The translations under genes and the position numbers were made by a program. The notes beneath the pieces are model-generated. The model made no database searches. It was not told the DNA's origin and saw only the letters and a list, made by a program, of their open reading frames with translations. From Octopus vulgaris (taxonomy: Eukaryota), in NCBI GenBank assembly GCA_951406725.2, contig OX597831.1:41974001-42038000 (forward strand): 64,000 nt of DNA, written 5' to 3'. Shown here in pieces: positions 13,205-26,800 of this stretch (position 1 is its first letter; every line of letters starts with the position of its first letter).

Positions 13205-13431
13205 CAAACAGCAGTAGCTTTCTTCAATTGAATACACGTCGTTGATTGGTTAAAATTACCCAAATACGATAACTTTAACACGAAATAACTTCTAAAATAC
13301 GAAATTTTGTCAAAAATGTTGAAAGTAAACCGTGTTCAGTATGAGAAATTACACCAGTATATGAAGTTTCAAACTGTTTAGTTTTTTAAAAAATTATTTT
13401 TAAAAATCTGTGAACGAAACTGAACAGATCC
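13205..13431 (-). mobile_element. truncated GGATCT-type Merlin-like MITE (third TIR variant)
   Basis: Subterminal region homologous to 21354-21951; terminus GGATCTGTTCAGTTTCG on the minus strand. Confidence 0.75.
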
Positions 13432-14368
13432 GGGGTGGTTGTGGAGGGTTAGGGTTTGTAATTGTGGTGGTGTTGATGACGGTGAAGGTAGCAGGAGTGG
13501 TGATTTTTGCAGTTTTAGTAGTGGTCATGAGTATGGTGTTATTGTTGGTGGTCGTGGAAAGATTGGTGGTGATATTGATAGTGTTAGTTGTGGTGATGGT
13601 GGCGACGGCGGCGCCAGTGGTGGTGGTGGTGGATGTGGCAGCGCCAGTATTGGATGTGATTAGAGTAGCGCCTTCAAGGTCGGTCGACTTTGCGATGCAA
13701 TGTTAAGATTCTTATTGGTAACTAGCTTAAAAACCGCACTCCGTGCAGTAGCCGTATGATTAGGGTCGTTCCAGCTGCGACTATCCTGCCTTTTATTTTT
13801 AGTCAGCGTATCTGGGGTTAATCACAAATAACATATATTAGCAACAAAGAAGTAGCAATCTGGATTGGAAATGAAACAGGACAATATAAGAAGGACACAA
13901 TAGAACTACAGAATTGTGTGTTATCACCGAAACACTTTTCTTTTAAGTGTCACGCTGTGAGATTGAACTCGAAGCCATGTGGCTTCATCATAGTAACATT
14001 TTAGTTTGATCTTCAAGACTATCCTTTCTACAGGTGTAGTGCTTTTGCCTTTACAAAATGTCTGATTGATAAATAAATATCATCATATTTTCGGACAACC
14101 TGTTACGATGCTGTTAATTCCTCAATCTGCAACGGTTGCCCTATGAAAATGTGAATATATGATGTTTGTGGGTACATGTGTACTTGGGAGTCAAGGTAGG
14201 ACAACGCTGTGCCGATGACGCTCATTGAGACAGAAATGTGTTTACAACTGTCCTCTTGTTTCTCCCATCCTACCAAAAGACTGTCCTTTCCTTAATGCAA
14301 TATTAATTTAGGAGATTGTTGTAACTTTAAAGTTGTCTCCCTTTCCCATTTGAAGTAGGTTGCAATTG

Positions 14369-14701
14369 GGCGATCCTTCGGTATACGTACCGCAGGTACC
14401 GGAAGTGGCTTTGTTTACATTTCTGAAGATAACAGAAACCCTTTTCTCCCACCCCTAACACAAACCCTAAACCCCCATATATATATATATCATCATCATC
14501 ATCATCATCATCATTTAGCGTCCGTTTTCCATGCTAGCATGGGTTGGACGGTTTAACTGGGGTCTGTGAAGCCGGAAGGCTTCATCAGGCCCAGTCAGAT
14601 TTGGCAGTGTTTCTACGGCTGGATGCCCTTCCTAATATATAAAAAAAACCACTTTCTTGAAATGTATCGGGTACTTCCGGTACGTATAACGAAATTACGC
14701 C
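14369..14701. mobile_element. GG-ended MITE with CCCTAA motifs, interrupted by a retroposon 3' fragment (14490-14635)
   Basis: Imperfect TIR GGCG…TTCG.TATACGTACCG; internal TTTACATTTCTGAAGA…CCCCTAAC shared with MITE family A; TSD not clear. Confidence 0.65.
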
Positions 14702-15583
14702 AAAGTAAGTTGTCCAGAAAAGTCAACGAAACTAAATTGCGATAGAAACTGGACTTAACGACAACAACATCCCATAATTTCATATACACAACGTATGTGT
14801 TACAACTACGAACTAGAAATTAGGAAAGAAGTGATTGATTGGAGAGAAAAAAAGAAGAAAAATACGGCAGTAGTAATTAATCCCAAATAAGGATTGTGTC
14901 AATTTCAAATTACAACGACTTTTATTTAAGGAGTGGGATAACAAGTGTTTATAATTAGCACTAGGAAATATTAGGGGAAAGATAGGGGGAGGAAGAGGAG
15001 TAGGGTCGAGAACAATGACTTACAAAGTGAAAGTGTGAGAGGCAAAACAGATATGTAGATACACAAACGGAGCTTTATTGAAATTTATAAACTATGTGTG
15101 TGTGTGCATGCGTGCGAACATGTACGCGCGTGCAAATATATAACACACAGATATATATATGCGCTCGTATACTCGCATGCATGAGCGCGCGCACACACAC
15201 TTATAATACAACTGTGCATCAAAGTAAATTGAAGCACGTATTTATATAAACCACATTGTGTCAAATATATATCCCTTTCCTTATATTCATATATATATAT
15301 ATATATATCCCACTAGAATGGGAGAAAGCGCTAATACATGATCTAAGTTATATGATGTATAAAAAATGTAATATACAAATAAATATCTGTAAATATAAAC
15401 CATCCGATTTTCTGAGTACCTCATTTCTTCGAATATATATATATATAAACTTGTTGCAAAGACCCTCTTTATTATAATTATATAAACTTTTACCGAATAT
15501 GGTCCTTTTCCATACCGAAATACTACTTGGTGAAATTTGTTGATTTTATTAAATTAATTACATTTCACCCTTTATCTGTATTG

Positions 15584-15636
<53 letters not shown>

Positions 15637-15678
15637 GGGGGGGGAGAGAGGGAGAAAGAGAGAGAGAGAAAGAGAGAT

Positions 15679-15769
15679 GGCGAAGGTAAGGAATATGCAC
15701 ACCCGGTGTTTAGGGTTAGGGTTTTTGTTACGCCGGAAACGGGTGGCGTGGGTGTTCTTTACCTCCACC
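15679..15769. mobile_element. ~90-bp mini-MITE with central TTAGGGTTAGGG
   Basis: Imperfect TIR GG.G.AGGTAA.GAA…CACCCG. Confidence 0.55.
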
Positions 15770-15911
15770 TATATACATATATATGCATCTGTGTGTGTGT
15801 ATAAGATTTGTATAAACAGCGGTTTGCAATGTTTTATACCAAAAGGGAGAATTATAATTGTCACTAAATGTGACCAGGGTATTAGGAAACACCTATGTAT
15901 GTATGTATGTA

Positions 15912-15982
<71 letters not shown>

Positions 15983-16093
15983 ATGTATGTATGTATTATG
16001 TAAAGTTGCGTTGAAGTCTACCCACAACTAACGTCACGAAAACTACAAATAATCAAAGAACAGATTTAGGCGTACATACATAAATACATACAC

Positions 16094-16134
<41 letters not shown>

Positions 16135-16488
16135 ATATGATATATATATATATAAAATACGTACAATAACACCTATGTGTCCTAAGATAAAAGCTATTTG
16201 AAACACCAAAGTTTGTTTCACTATCAAATAAACCACTGCAGTAAGAACTCATTCTCTTTCCCTGCTTTTACCATTCCCTTGTTTAAAGACTTTAACAGTG
16301 TGTAAGGAGGGGAGGAAAGAACATTCCTGAAGCATTTTTTAAACAACGCCAACATTGGACACTGTTTTCTTATCATATATGGGGCTAACTTAAAGTTTGT
16401 GTTCGTGTGTGTATGTAAATATAGTATATATGTATATGTCTATAGCTGCGTGTACATGTATGTTTGTGCGTATATAAAATGTATGTCG

Positions 16489-16578
<90 letters not shown>

Positions 16579-17638
16579 ACACACACACATATGCACTCTC
16601 ATATACACATTCACACTCACACACACGCACTTATTCAGTTTTGGGCCTGTTTGTTTCGGGGTCAGATTTCAATTCAGATAGGTACAGTAAATAACTTTGT
16701 TTAGGAAGTACACACACATACACACACACACACACACAAAAGTACACACACACACTCTCACATACACACACTCACACACACACACACACACAATGGACAG
16801 CCTCTACATAGTCACGGACTTGGTAGTTACGAACTTGGTATAAAAATAGCAGCCAAAAAATCTAACCATATCGTTTTTAAAAGAGGACACATCGCCCCGC
16901 TATACAATATGTATGCAAAAATACACGTGATGGTCATGAATGGAATGTTTTCGAACGATCAGAACTGACCTGAAACAATATCAATGCCTATAAATCCTTT
17001 TGATTCCTCTTTTACTTAAGAGGTGGGAGGGGTGTCATCATAACCATTGGATGTCTAAAAAACTTCATTTATATATTTTTTATAATTTAATACCTTTGGA
17101 AATACGAGGGCAGCAAGCTGGGAGAATCGTTAGTAGAATGCTTAGCGGTATTTCGTCCGTCTTCACACCCTGAGTACAAATTCCGCCGAGGTAGAAAAGA
17201 AAATTCTTTGGTACATGAAATCATTTGGAATTGAAGATTATTTGCGGGAGTGTAAACAACTCTGTCAAGAGAAATATCAACATTACAAAGAAAGAAAGAA
17301 AATAATTTACACCTTTTTTTTTTAAGTCGAAATGAGCCGTTAGGTTACATGATATAACTAATCTTTCCAAGTTGCAATATTTTCTTTAGACAGGAGAGAT
17401 AGAGTAACAGTATGGAAGTAACCTTTTGCTGAAGGCTGCAATCGTGTTGTTAAAATTCAATCTCGCAAAAGTTTCAATTTCAGGCAACATCAAAGACAAA
17501 GGCTATTAGCACTTGTTCCATTAGATCAAGTACTAATGTCTATGCATGTTCAAATGTTACCAAGCCAACTGAAATCTTTTTTGCAAACATTATTTGAGCG
17601 AATTGAATATAAGTTTAAACTTTGATAAAACTACGTTC

Positions 17639-17940
17639 GGATCTTTTCGGTTTGAACGGCAGTTTTTAACATAATTTCTAGGTAACTAAAAAATTTTAAA
17701 CTTCGTATACTGGTAGAATGTGTTTATAAAACATCATTTTCTCTTGGCTTTATTGAGAAAATTCTATAGTTTGTAAGATATTTGTTGTTTTTCTTCTTCA
17801 ATTTCTGCAATTTCAACCAATCAGTGACGTCTTTTGAGTTAAAACGCATTCTGTGCCGTATGAATATGTCCCTCGTTTAAGAAACAGATTGGGTTTATTT
17901 ACATTTGTGAAGAAAAAAAAGATACCCTTCCCCCCACCCC
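17639..17940 (+). mobile_element. truncated Merlin-like MITE family A
   Basis: Starts GGATCTTTTCGGTTTGAACGGCAG; lacks the right end. Confidence 0.85.
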
Positions 17941-17981
17941 TTTCACATTTTTTGTTTGTCTCAGTCATTAAGACAGGTTAT

Positions 17982-18329
17982 GGATCTTTTCGGTTTGAAC
18001 GGCAGTTTTTTCTAACGGTGTCATTATGAAATTGTCACCCATAATAATGACCCTAGTATCGATCTATTGCATTTCAATGTTTTAGGGTTAGTTAGGGTTA
18101 GGGGTGTTTCTTAAACGAGGGACATATTCATACGTCTCAGAATGTTTTTTTTAACTCAATGGACGTCATTGATTGGTTGAAATTGCAGAAATTGAAGAAA
18201 AAAAAACAAATATCTTACAAACTATAGAAAAAGATGTTTTATAGACACATTCTACCAGTATACGAAGTTTAAAAGTGTTTAGTTACGTGGAAATTATGTT
18301 AAAAACTGCCGTTCAAACCGAAAAGATCC
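17982..18329 (-). mobile_element. Merlin-like MITE family A, complete with internal deletion
   Basis: TIR GGATCTTTTCGGTTTGAACGGCAGTTTTT at both ends; 8-bp TSD CAGGTTAT/CAAGTTAT. Confidence 0.92.
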
Positions 18330-18478
18330 CAAGTTATTCTGAGGTACCGCCTTGATTAAATTTAATTGAATGAATCGACTCTGGTACTTATTTTTTTAAG
18401 GCCTGGTACCGATTCTATCGGGCTGTTTTGCCGAACCGCCAATCGTAATATCGATCCACATGCACAAACACGTATGTA

Positions 18479-18566
<88 letters not shown>

Positions 18567-18625
18567 TACGTGTTCTTGTACGCTTTGTACAACTCCGTTG
18601 GCGGTTCGGCAAAACACTTTTTCGT

Positions 18626-19008
18626 GGAGGCGCAATGGCCTAGTGGTTAGGGCAGCGGACTCGCGGTCATAGGATCGCGGTTTCGATTCCCAGACCGGGC
18701 GTTGTGAGTGTTTATTGAGCGAAAACACCTAAAAGCACCACGAGGCTCCGGCAGGGGATGGTGGTGATCCCTGCTGTACTCTTTCACCACAACTTTTCTC
18801 TCACTCTTACTTCCTGTTTCTGTTGTACCTGTATTTCAAAGGGCCGGCCTTGTCACTCTCTGTGTCACGCTGAATCACCCCGAGAACTACGTTAAGGGTA
18901 CACGTGTCTGTGGAGTGCTCAGCCACTTACACGTTAATTTCACGAGCAGGCTGTTCCGTTGATTGGATCAACCGGAATCCCTCGTCGTCGTAACCGACGG
19001 AGTGCTTC
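18626..19008 (+). mobile_element. SINE family C, tail type 3 (RTE-like 3' end)
   Basis: A box TGGCCTAGTGG, B box GTTTCGATTCC; tail CCTCGTCGTCGTAACCGACGGAGTG; direct repeat TACAACTCCGT at 18588 and 19009. Confidence 0.88.
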
Positions 19009-19503
19009 TACAACTCCGTATAATCACACCTACGCATAACATGAATGTGTATGTGCAGATGCATTTGCGTGTGTGGTACTTGTATAAATACGTGTGTATA
19101 TATGCGTGAGAGAGAGAGAGAGAGAGAGTGTATGTATAAGTGTGTGATGTTTTGTGGTTGCCCCATTACAAATAGTCTCCTCAGTAACTCTGAAGGAAAC
19201 ACTTCATGTCGAACGTAAAGTCAAACAAGTATAAAAATTATGTACAGAATAAAAAAAAATAATAAAAAATGAAAGGAAATAAGATGAAATGAAATGAAAT
19301 AAAATAAAATAAAACAATGTTTATCCAGAAAAACAAAAAAAGAAGCAGAAAACCGTGGAGAGATTAAAGTGGTGGTGGAGATTGCGATAAGAAAATTTGT
19401 GTAGGAAAGAAAGGCGCTGGAGGGAGACAGAGTGAGAGACAGAGAGACAGACAGACAGACAGAGGGCGATACAGAAAGAAATAATGAGACTGATATACAA
19501 ATG

Positions 19504-19560
<57 letters not shown>

Positions 19561-20069
19561 AACATATACACATGTAAATTTTATATATATATATATATAT
19601 CTTATATATAAAGAGAGAGAAAGAGACATCTGTCTACATGTATCTATGTACGTGTGTCTGTGTGTGTGTGTGTATGTATATATATATATATATACTGAGA
19701 CAAGTAACAGGATAGAGAGGAGATAAGAATACTGAAATTGCGAAACGTTGAAAGAGAAAGTGAGGGAGAGATATAAAGTATTGAGAGAGAGAGAGACAGA
19801 GGGGGGGGGGAGAAAGAGAGGTGGGAGGGGTTTAAAGGAATCACACCAACTACAATAATCTATTCAGATATTTAACCTTCTTCAACTTGTTGACTTATTT
19901 TACTTTATTCTTTATTTTGTCTATGAGCTTTATTTTGTTTCGAGTTGATATTTTTAGGGAAAAATTACGGAGTGGAGAGAGAATTTATGTGATGGGAGAT
20001 GATGATGATGATGGTGGTGGAGGTCTAAACTCGGAATGAATGAATTAATTAATCGATGACTTATTGTTT

Positions 20070-20385
20070 TCCTTTATCTTTTAACTTGTTTCAAACACTG
20101 GACGACGATCATGTTGGGGCATTGCCACTAACGGACAAAGCCTGGTACTTATGCTATCGGTCTCTTTTTCCCAACAGCAAAGTTACGAGGATGTAAACAA
20201 AACAACATCGGATGTCAAGCACGCGTAGGAGCAGAGACACATGCACAAACACACACATACGACGGGCTGTCATAGAGTTTATCAAATCTATTCACAAGGC
20301 TTTGGTAGGAGACAGTTTGCCCATACTGCCACGCAGTGGGACTGAACCCGGAACCATGTGTTTGAGAAGCAAACTTCTTAACTAA
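20070..20385 (-). mobile_element. SINE family A, diverged
   Basis: Reverse complement of head and tail motifs. Confidence 0.7.
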
Positions 20386-20739
20386 AGAGTAAAGGAAGAG
20401 AGAGAGAGAGTGTGTGTGTGTGTGTGTGTGTGAACGAGAGAAATGAAATGAGAGGGCGAAAGGTAAATGGTGGGGGAAGATAGAAAAAGAAATAAGCATC
20501 GTAAAATAATGAATTTAAGAATAACGCTGGAAAGAAGAGTCGATGAAGTAAAGAAAAGATTGGAGGAAGGAAGGACGGAAAAATAGAAGTTATTCTGTGA
20601 CGAGATCCACGACATATAGATGATGCTTGAAACAGAGTAGACTCTGCCAACGGCATCCAAGAATCAGATATTAAATCGGGCAACGGTTTAACATTACTGA
20701 AAAGTTAAGTCTACCACCCATGGATTAAATCTAACATGT

Positions 20740-20927
20740 AAATGTATGTATGCATGAATGCTCCCGTTGGTTTCGACGTATGAGGATCAGACAGCCTACA
20801 TTTTCTTTCTCAGTCATAACGCTTATATCGAATATGACATTTGAGTCCCGCCAACGAGTTGCGAAGCCAGCAGATGTTGCAAGTGTGAGGATTATGGGGG
20901 TCAGTGCACGTGGTATATTTGCAGCTG
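20740..20927 (-). mobile_element. 3' end of an RTE-type LINE
   Basis: Minus frame …PHTCNICWLRNSLAGLKCHIR…*, a C2H2-like ORF2 C-terminus, then a short UTR TCCTCATACGTCGAAACCAACGGGAG and (CATA)n. Confidence 0.6.
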
Positions 20928-21155
20928 AGATCTTTACCTTTTGACCGACAGATTTAAAAAATAATTTTTTGCAACTAAACACTTTCAAACTTCGTATACT
21001 GGTAGAATGTGTCACATAAACCATCTTTTACTCTTGGCGTTGTTGAGAAAATTCTGTATTTTGGAAGTTATTTTTTGTTAAAATATTGCGGTAATTTCAA
21101 CCAATCAATGACGTGTATTCGGCTGAATAAAATTACTGCTATTCTGTGTTGATAA
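20928..21155 (+). mobile_element. truncated Merlin-like MITE family B
   Basis: Begins AGATCTTTACCTTTTGACCGACAG. Confidence 0.8.
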
Positions 21156-21159
21156 AGAG

Positions 21160-23100
21160 CAATAACCCAGAAACCGGTCCACAAATGTCATCTGCCAACT
21201 TTACGGCAGAAGTGGTTACAGCGTAGCGTGCCCGACGGATAGCAGTCTATCGTGGGGTGTTTGCGGCCCTTGCGTCAGCAGCACGCACTCGATAGATTTC
21301 ACCCTACTCTGGAGTAGTTGCAGCTCTAGCAGCGGAAGTTCTTTTCTACAGTCGGATCTTTACCATTTGACCTACAGATTTAAAAAATATTTTTTGTAAC
21401 TAAACACTTTCAAACTTCGGACACTGGTAGAATGTGTCATATAAAACATCTTTTACTCTTAGCATTTTTGAGAAAAACTTATATTTACGAAGTTATTTCA
21501 CGTCAAAGTTCTCGTATATTAGTAATTTCAACCAATCAATGACGTGTATTCAGCTGAATAAAATTACTGCCGTTGTTTGTCAACAACAACTATCGGCGGT
21601 ATATTTTTCATTTGTCACTGTTATTTATGACATCGTTCGGGCGTTTGTACTGGTTTTAAGGTTTTAGGGTTTTAGGGTTTTAGGGTTGTCATAAATAACG
21701 GTAACAAACGAAATATACACCGCCGGAAGTTCTTGTTGACAAACAACAGCAGTAATTTTACTCAGCTGAATACACGTCATTGATTGGTTGAAATTACCGA
21801 AATACGAGAACTTTCGTAAATATAAGCTTTTCTCAAAAATGCTAAGAGTAAAAAATATTTTATATGACACGTTCTACCAGTGTCCGAAGTTTGAAAGTGT
21901 TTAGTTACAAAAAATCACTTTTTCAATCTGTAGGTCAAAAGGTAAAGATCCCAACGGTCTACTGGACCTCTCTGGTCCTCAGTTTCCTTAGCCTGTCAAC
22001 GCTGCTGTCTTGCCGTTGCAGAAGACTTTCTGCCAATGCGTTCTCTTTTTAGGTGGCATGCTTGTATTATTTAGAAAAAGAGAATGGGTTTTAGTGTACC
22101 AAGTGATTATCGATTCTATTATAAGCTAGCAAAAGCCCCTTTATTCTGTCTTCCCACATAGCCTGCGCATAAAGTGAAATTGGTATGGAGCTTTCTAAAA
22201 GATACGTATAGCTTTCGCTAGTGGTAGCAAAACTCTTATTTAAAGGTTGATTCTTTGGGACCAATCATATGTGATTGTTTAAAATGGCTAGCACCTCAAT
22301 GCTAAAACATATTTGAAACAATGGACAACAGTCGAAACATCATAATGGATGGGTAAATAAGCATCCTTTAAGTGAAAAACGCATTGGTAGGTAAACAAAG
22401 GTATTAACAAATATAAGAGAGGGAAGAGAACATCACCTTTCAAGTAACTCAGAATAGGTAAAGGTAAGCTTGCCAAAGTTTAATGCAGCTTAAATAAGGA
22501 GATTAAGATTGTTTGGTATTGGATATTCAGTGTACAGTGTTCCTAGTCAATTTAATCTGTCAAAAATATTCTCTAATGCCAATATACGACGATATAGATT
22601 TTAAAAAGTATAGAAGACCCTACATACAAAAAAATTGTGTACATGCAACAAATTTGGAAAATCTTTTACATTAACATAAACATTTATTTACACGAAAGAA
22701 AATTACAGGATACATGTGTTGTGCTAAAAATAACAGCTAAATAAGATTTGGGGGATAAATCTTTGAAATTAACATAAACATTTATTTACATGAAAACAAA
22801 ATAACAGCTACTAAATCCTGTTTCCTGACTGGGTCACCGTGCAGGTGGCCAGTCGAAATAAATAGACAAAATCCTTTCACTTTTCTAAAAAAATTGAAAA
22901 AGTATGGAAGACCCTACATACAATAAACTATGTCGATTTACGTCCATTTAGGCGGGAGTTGTGGACAAAATGTTATAGCGCATGACCATTCTAGGGACAT
23001 TACTAATATGTTTACATAGTTTGGAGAAAATCGGTCGAGAATTGTGGAAATGTATGCATTAGTCATTATACACACACATACAGCCATTTATATATATACC
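21160..23100 (-). mobile_element. decayed Helitron 5' portion, interrupted by MITE B
   Basis: Minus strand from 22060 reads MPPKK..IGRKS…ETEDQR…RAA, an STPR-like N-terminus with stops and frameshifts. 22980-23100 resembles the Helitron 5' end seen at 60830-60944. Confidence 0.45.
21354..21951. mobile_element. Merlin-like MITE family B, almost wholly palindromic with a TTTTAGGG-repeat loop
   Basis: ~270-bp TIRs starting GGATCTTTACC; TSD CTACAGTC/CAACGGTC (6/8). Confidence 0.9.
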
Positions 23101-23141
23101 AGACATGGTGACCGGTAATAAAGTCACAGGAGAAAAAACAG

Positions 23142-23577
23142 GGATCTTTTCGGTTTGAACGGCAGTTTTTAACATAATTTCAAGGTAACTAAAAAATTTT
23201 AAACTTCGTATACTGTTAGAATGTGTTTATAAAACATCTTTTTCTCTTGGCTTTATTGAGAAAATTCTATAGTTTGTAGGATATTTGTTGTTTCTTTCTT
23301 CAATTTCTGCAATTTCAACCAAGCAATGACCGTCTATTGAGGTAAAAAACATTCTGTGCCATATGAATATGTCCCTCGTTTAAGAAACAGATTGGGTTTA
23401 TTTACATTTGTGAAGAAAAAAAGATACCCTTCTCCCCACCCCTAACCCTAACTAACCTTAATTAACCCTAACCCTAAAACAGATTGAAATGCAATAGATC
23501 GATACTAGGGTCATAATTATGGGTGACAATTTCATATGACACCGCTAGAAAAACTGCCGTTCAAACCGAAAAGATCC
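23142..23577 (+). mobile_element. Merlin-like MITE family A, complete
   Basis: Both TIRs present; internal CCCTAA repeats; TSD AAAAACAG/AAAGTCAG (6/8); nested in another small inverted-repeat element (23110-23666). Confidence 0.9.
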
Positions 23578-23735
23578 AAAGTCAGAATTAATTAGTGGGA
23601 TCCGGACCCCGCTTCCCGGACAAAACCCCAGTAACTTTTTTTCATGTGACTTTTTTACTGGATTCATATATATATATATATAAGTTTAATAACGAGTGTA
23701 CGGTGTACAATATATATATATACATAGACATACAC

Positions 23736-23787
<52 letters not shown>

Positions 23788-24319
23788 GTGTGTATGTCTA
23801 TGTATATATATATATATATATAAATGTGTGTATGTCTATGTATATATATATATTGTACATCATACACTCGTTATTAAACTTTTCATCTATGGCTTTTCAT
23901 GTACATTTTATAATAATCTCACCTTTCAAACGCTCAACTTGTGATCTCATTCTTTCAATTTAATTATTAATTATTTTCTGGATATACATTTCCCTAATTT
24001 TACACAAAGTTTTTTTGTTTTTTTAATCTTGTCACATATTTTACAGTTAATTTAATAACTGATTACGCGACCAAGGAGGCAATGAAGATGATAAAATTGG
24101 AAAAAGAAAAACGAAAATGTCAGTAAATGACAATAATGTATGAAAAAAAAAAAAAGACTGAGCGAGAAAGAGAGCGGCATAGAAGGTGGGAGTATGTAGG
24201 AGTAAGATTAACACAGAAGGCGGAAGTATGTGTGTGGGGGGGAGGAGGATGTAAATGTGTAGGAGGTGGGAGTGTGGTTGCATGCGTAGGAGGAGTATAT
24301 GTATGCGAGAGAAAGAAAA

Positions 24320-24445
<126 letters not shown>

Positions 24446-24449
24446 AGGA

Positions 24450-24730
24450 TATACTAAACAAGTGCAGGCTTATATTCCTCTACAAGAAACTATTCCCTGT
24501 TCGACCGTATAATGTAAGAAAGAATCTTTCTGAAAGGAAATGGTCATTCTGTAAAAACAACAACCAACAATGCCTCTGTATTATAGAGACACTGTTCTGG
24601 TTAAGATGCTTGAAAACATATATGAATATATACAACACAAGTAATATTATATCGACTCATCGCCACCTTCCTATACACTCCTTCAACATATTTTTCATTT
24701 TAGTGAAACTGATTCCAGTTTTGGAGAAGC
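24450..24730 (+). mobile_element. possible Penelope-like GIY-YIG C-terminus remnant
   Basis: KWS…CLCIIET…NTSNIISTHRH resembles the W.I…C.LC..EK…LN.RSE…CRH pattern; followed by the half-hammerhead GAAA-CTG-attc-CAG-TT. Confidence 0.4.
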
Positions 24731-24835
24731 TCATCCGACGCAAGTGTTCAGGATGAAGTTCACTAAAATTTTTTCAATGAAATTTTCTATAAATACCTTT
24801 CAGAGTCTTTAGATTACCATTATATCAGAATTTAA

Positions 24836-25246
24836 GGATCTTTTCGGTTTGAACGGCAGTTTTTTAAAATAATTTCCTCGTAACTAAACACTTTTAAACT
24901 TCGTACACTAGTAGAATGTGTTTATAAAACATCTTTTTCTCTTGGCTTTATTGAGAAAATTCTATAGTTTGTAAGATATTTGTTGTTTTTTTCTTCAATT
25001 TCTGCAATTTCAACCAATCAATGGCGTCTATTGACGTGAAAACATGCCGTGCCGTATGAATATGTCCCTCGTTTAAGTAACAGATTGGGTTTATTTACAT
25101 TTCTGAAGAAAAAAAAGATACCCTTTCCCCCACCCCTAACCCTAAAACAGATTGAAATGCAATAGATCGATACTAGGGTCATAATTATGGGTGACAATTT
25201 CATATGACACCGTTAGAAAAGACTGCCGTTCTTCCCTAAAAGATCC
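24836..25246 (+). mobile_element. Merlin-like MITE family A, complete
   Basis: TSD GAATTTAA/AAATTTAA; right TIR partly mutated. Confidence 0.9.
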
Positions 25247-25326
25247 AAATTTAATATATATATTAAATATATTCTCTCTCATGAATATATGTATACGTAC
25301 ACATATGTATATAACAAATGCACACA

Positions 25327-25374
<48 letters not shown>

Positions 25375-25380
<6 letters not shown>

Positions 25381-25604
25381 TGGCCAAATGTTACCCGACA
25401 GCAAATCAAAATTCCATAAATACTATCTGTAATTCTGTATTGACTCGAATGGGAAAATATGTCACTCAAGAAGGACTTCAGTTTAAACAATTTTCATGAT
25501 GTTTCATATTTAGATGCTTTTATTAAATTCATTCAGTTGTTAAACATAAATCTCGGAATTGAATGGTTCTAATTTACTGTCAAGTGACTTTTGGTCAACC
25601 CTAT
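25375..25604. mobile_element. Tc1/mariner-type MITE
   Basis: ~30-bp TIR AGGGTTG.CCAAA.GT.AC..GACAG.AAAT, flanked by TA in an (AT)n tract. Confidence 0.75.
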
Positions 25605-26539
25605 ATATATATATATTGATAAATAATCATTAAGCATTCGCTTCATGATCCCCCACCCTCATTTCAGTCCGGCTACCACCGATCCATTGCATAGACACGT
25701 ATACAATTATGTTCCGTTTTTTTTCCCACACGTACAAAATCTGAACCTTGTCACTTGTGTATTATTTACCCCCTTACCTGTAAAAGTCACACAATTATTT
25801 TTTTTCCCTATTCCTCCTTCACTCCCTCACATCACGAACACACTAAACTTTGACACCTGTGTCCTCCGACCTCTAATTACTCACCCATGCCCTCACATTC
25901 ACTATTCCCCTCCCATATTCATAGACTGAACTTTATGTTTACAATACAAAAAGCGAATTCGTAATCTTCATCACGCTACATGTTTTTCCCTCGTTACTTA
26001 GATTCCCATTTCGTATGTTTTACACGTCTATTCTCACTCTCATCTTGTTAGTATTCGCAGTAACACTAAATCAGGTATAAGGAAACTTGTCCACCCCCCC
26101 CCCACCGTCCCCAAAACGGGCCGCATGAGACATAGTTCAGCATATGGCAGGCTTGCAGTACTTTTAAAAGATTCAAGGTAAATTTTCGTTTATTCAGAAA
26201 GTCTCGCAGACCGCAGGTTGCCCGTGGCTAGTCAAAATGACCATTATCATTAGGTGTTATCAGAAGACTCAATATCAAGGATCCCCATTCGGGTCTTGTT
26301 CCTTGCATTCTGATACATTCATCGACGATCGACGGACGATGTAATCGAACCCCCTCCCCCGAAATTGCTGGCCTTGTGCTAAAATTTGAAACCATTCTTA
26401 GACATTCGCTATAACAACTTAGTCCAGTCCTTGATGTTATTAAAACAGTTTGTTGTAAGTCATCCAATCAAGCAGTTTATCCACCCACCCACCCGTCCGT
26501 CCCTCCATCCATCCATCTATCTATCTATCTATATGGCTA

Positions 26540-26800
26540 TCTGGTAAGGCGACTTGTCTAGATCAATGCAACCCTTCCACGCCTGATATCTCGATCTTCC
26601 ATAGCTGTCTTCATATTCTCAACTTCATATCCAGTATCTTTTACAAACTGATCGACGCATGTTCCTCTCGATCTGCCGATACCTGTATGTCCAGGCGTGG
26701 GTTTCGAGAGGAGATCACTGGATATTTCATACTTACTTCTCCAGCAGTACCCAGCATAACGTATTGATTACCTTCTAGTAATAGTCTCAGAGTATATTTT
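26540..26800 (-). mobile_element. RTE-clade LINE ORF2 C-terminal remnant
   Basis: Minus frame IRYAGYCWRSK…GIGRSRGTCVDQFVKDTG…MKTAMEDRD. Confidence 0.7.

Noticed and set aside
12017-13706. Gly/Asp/His/Thr/Val-rich ORFs up to 238 aa
   Set aside because: Open in several frames on both strands because of trinucleotide repeats; no domain or splice evidence.
14205-14250. Hammerhead-like CCGATGA…GAAA
   Set aside because: Core mutated and stems I and III do not pair.
14565-14595. Minus-strand CTGATGA with a hairpin
   Set aside because: No GAAA after the stem; lies in a retroposon fragment.
18626-18700. tRNA gene
   Set aside because: A/B boxes present but the acceptor and T stems are broken and it runs into a repeated SINE body; same for 3873, 4667, 37968 and 59651.
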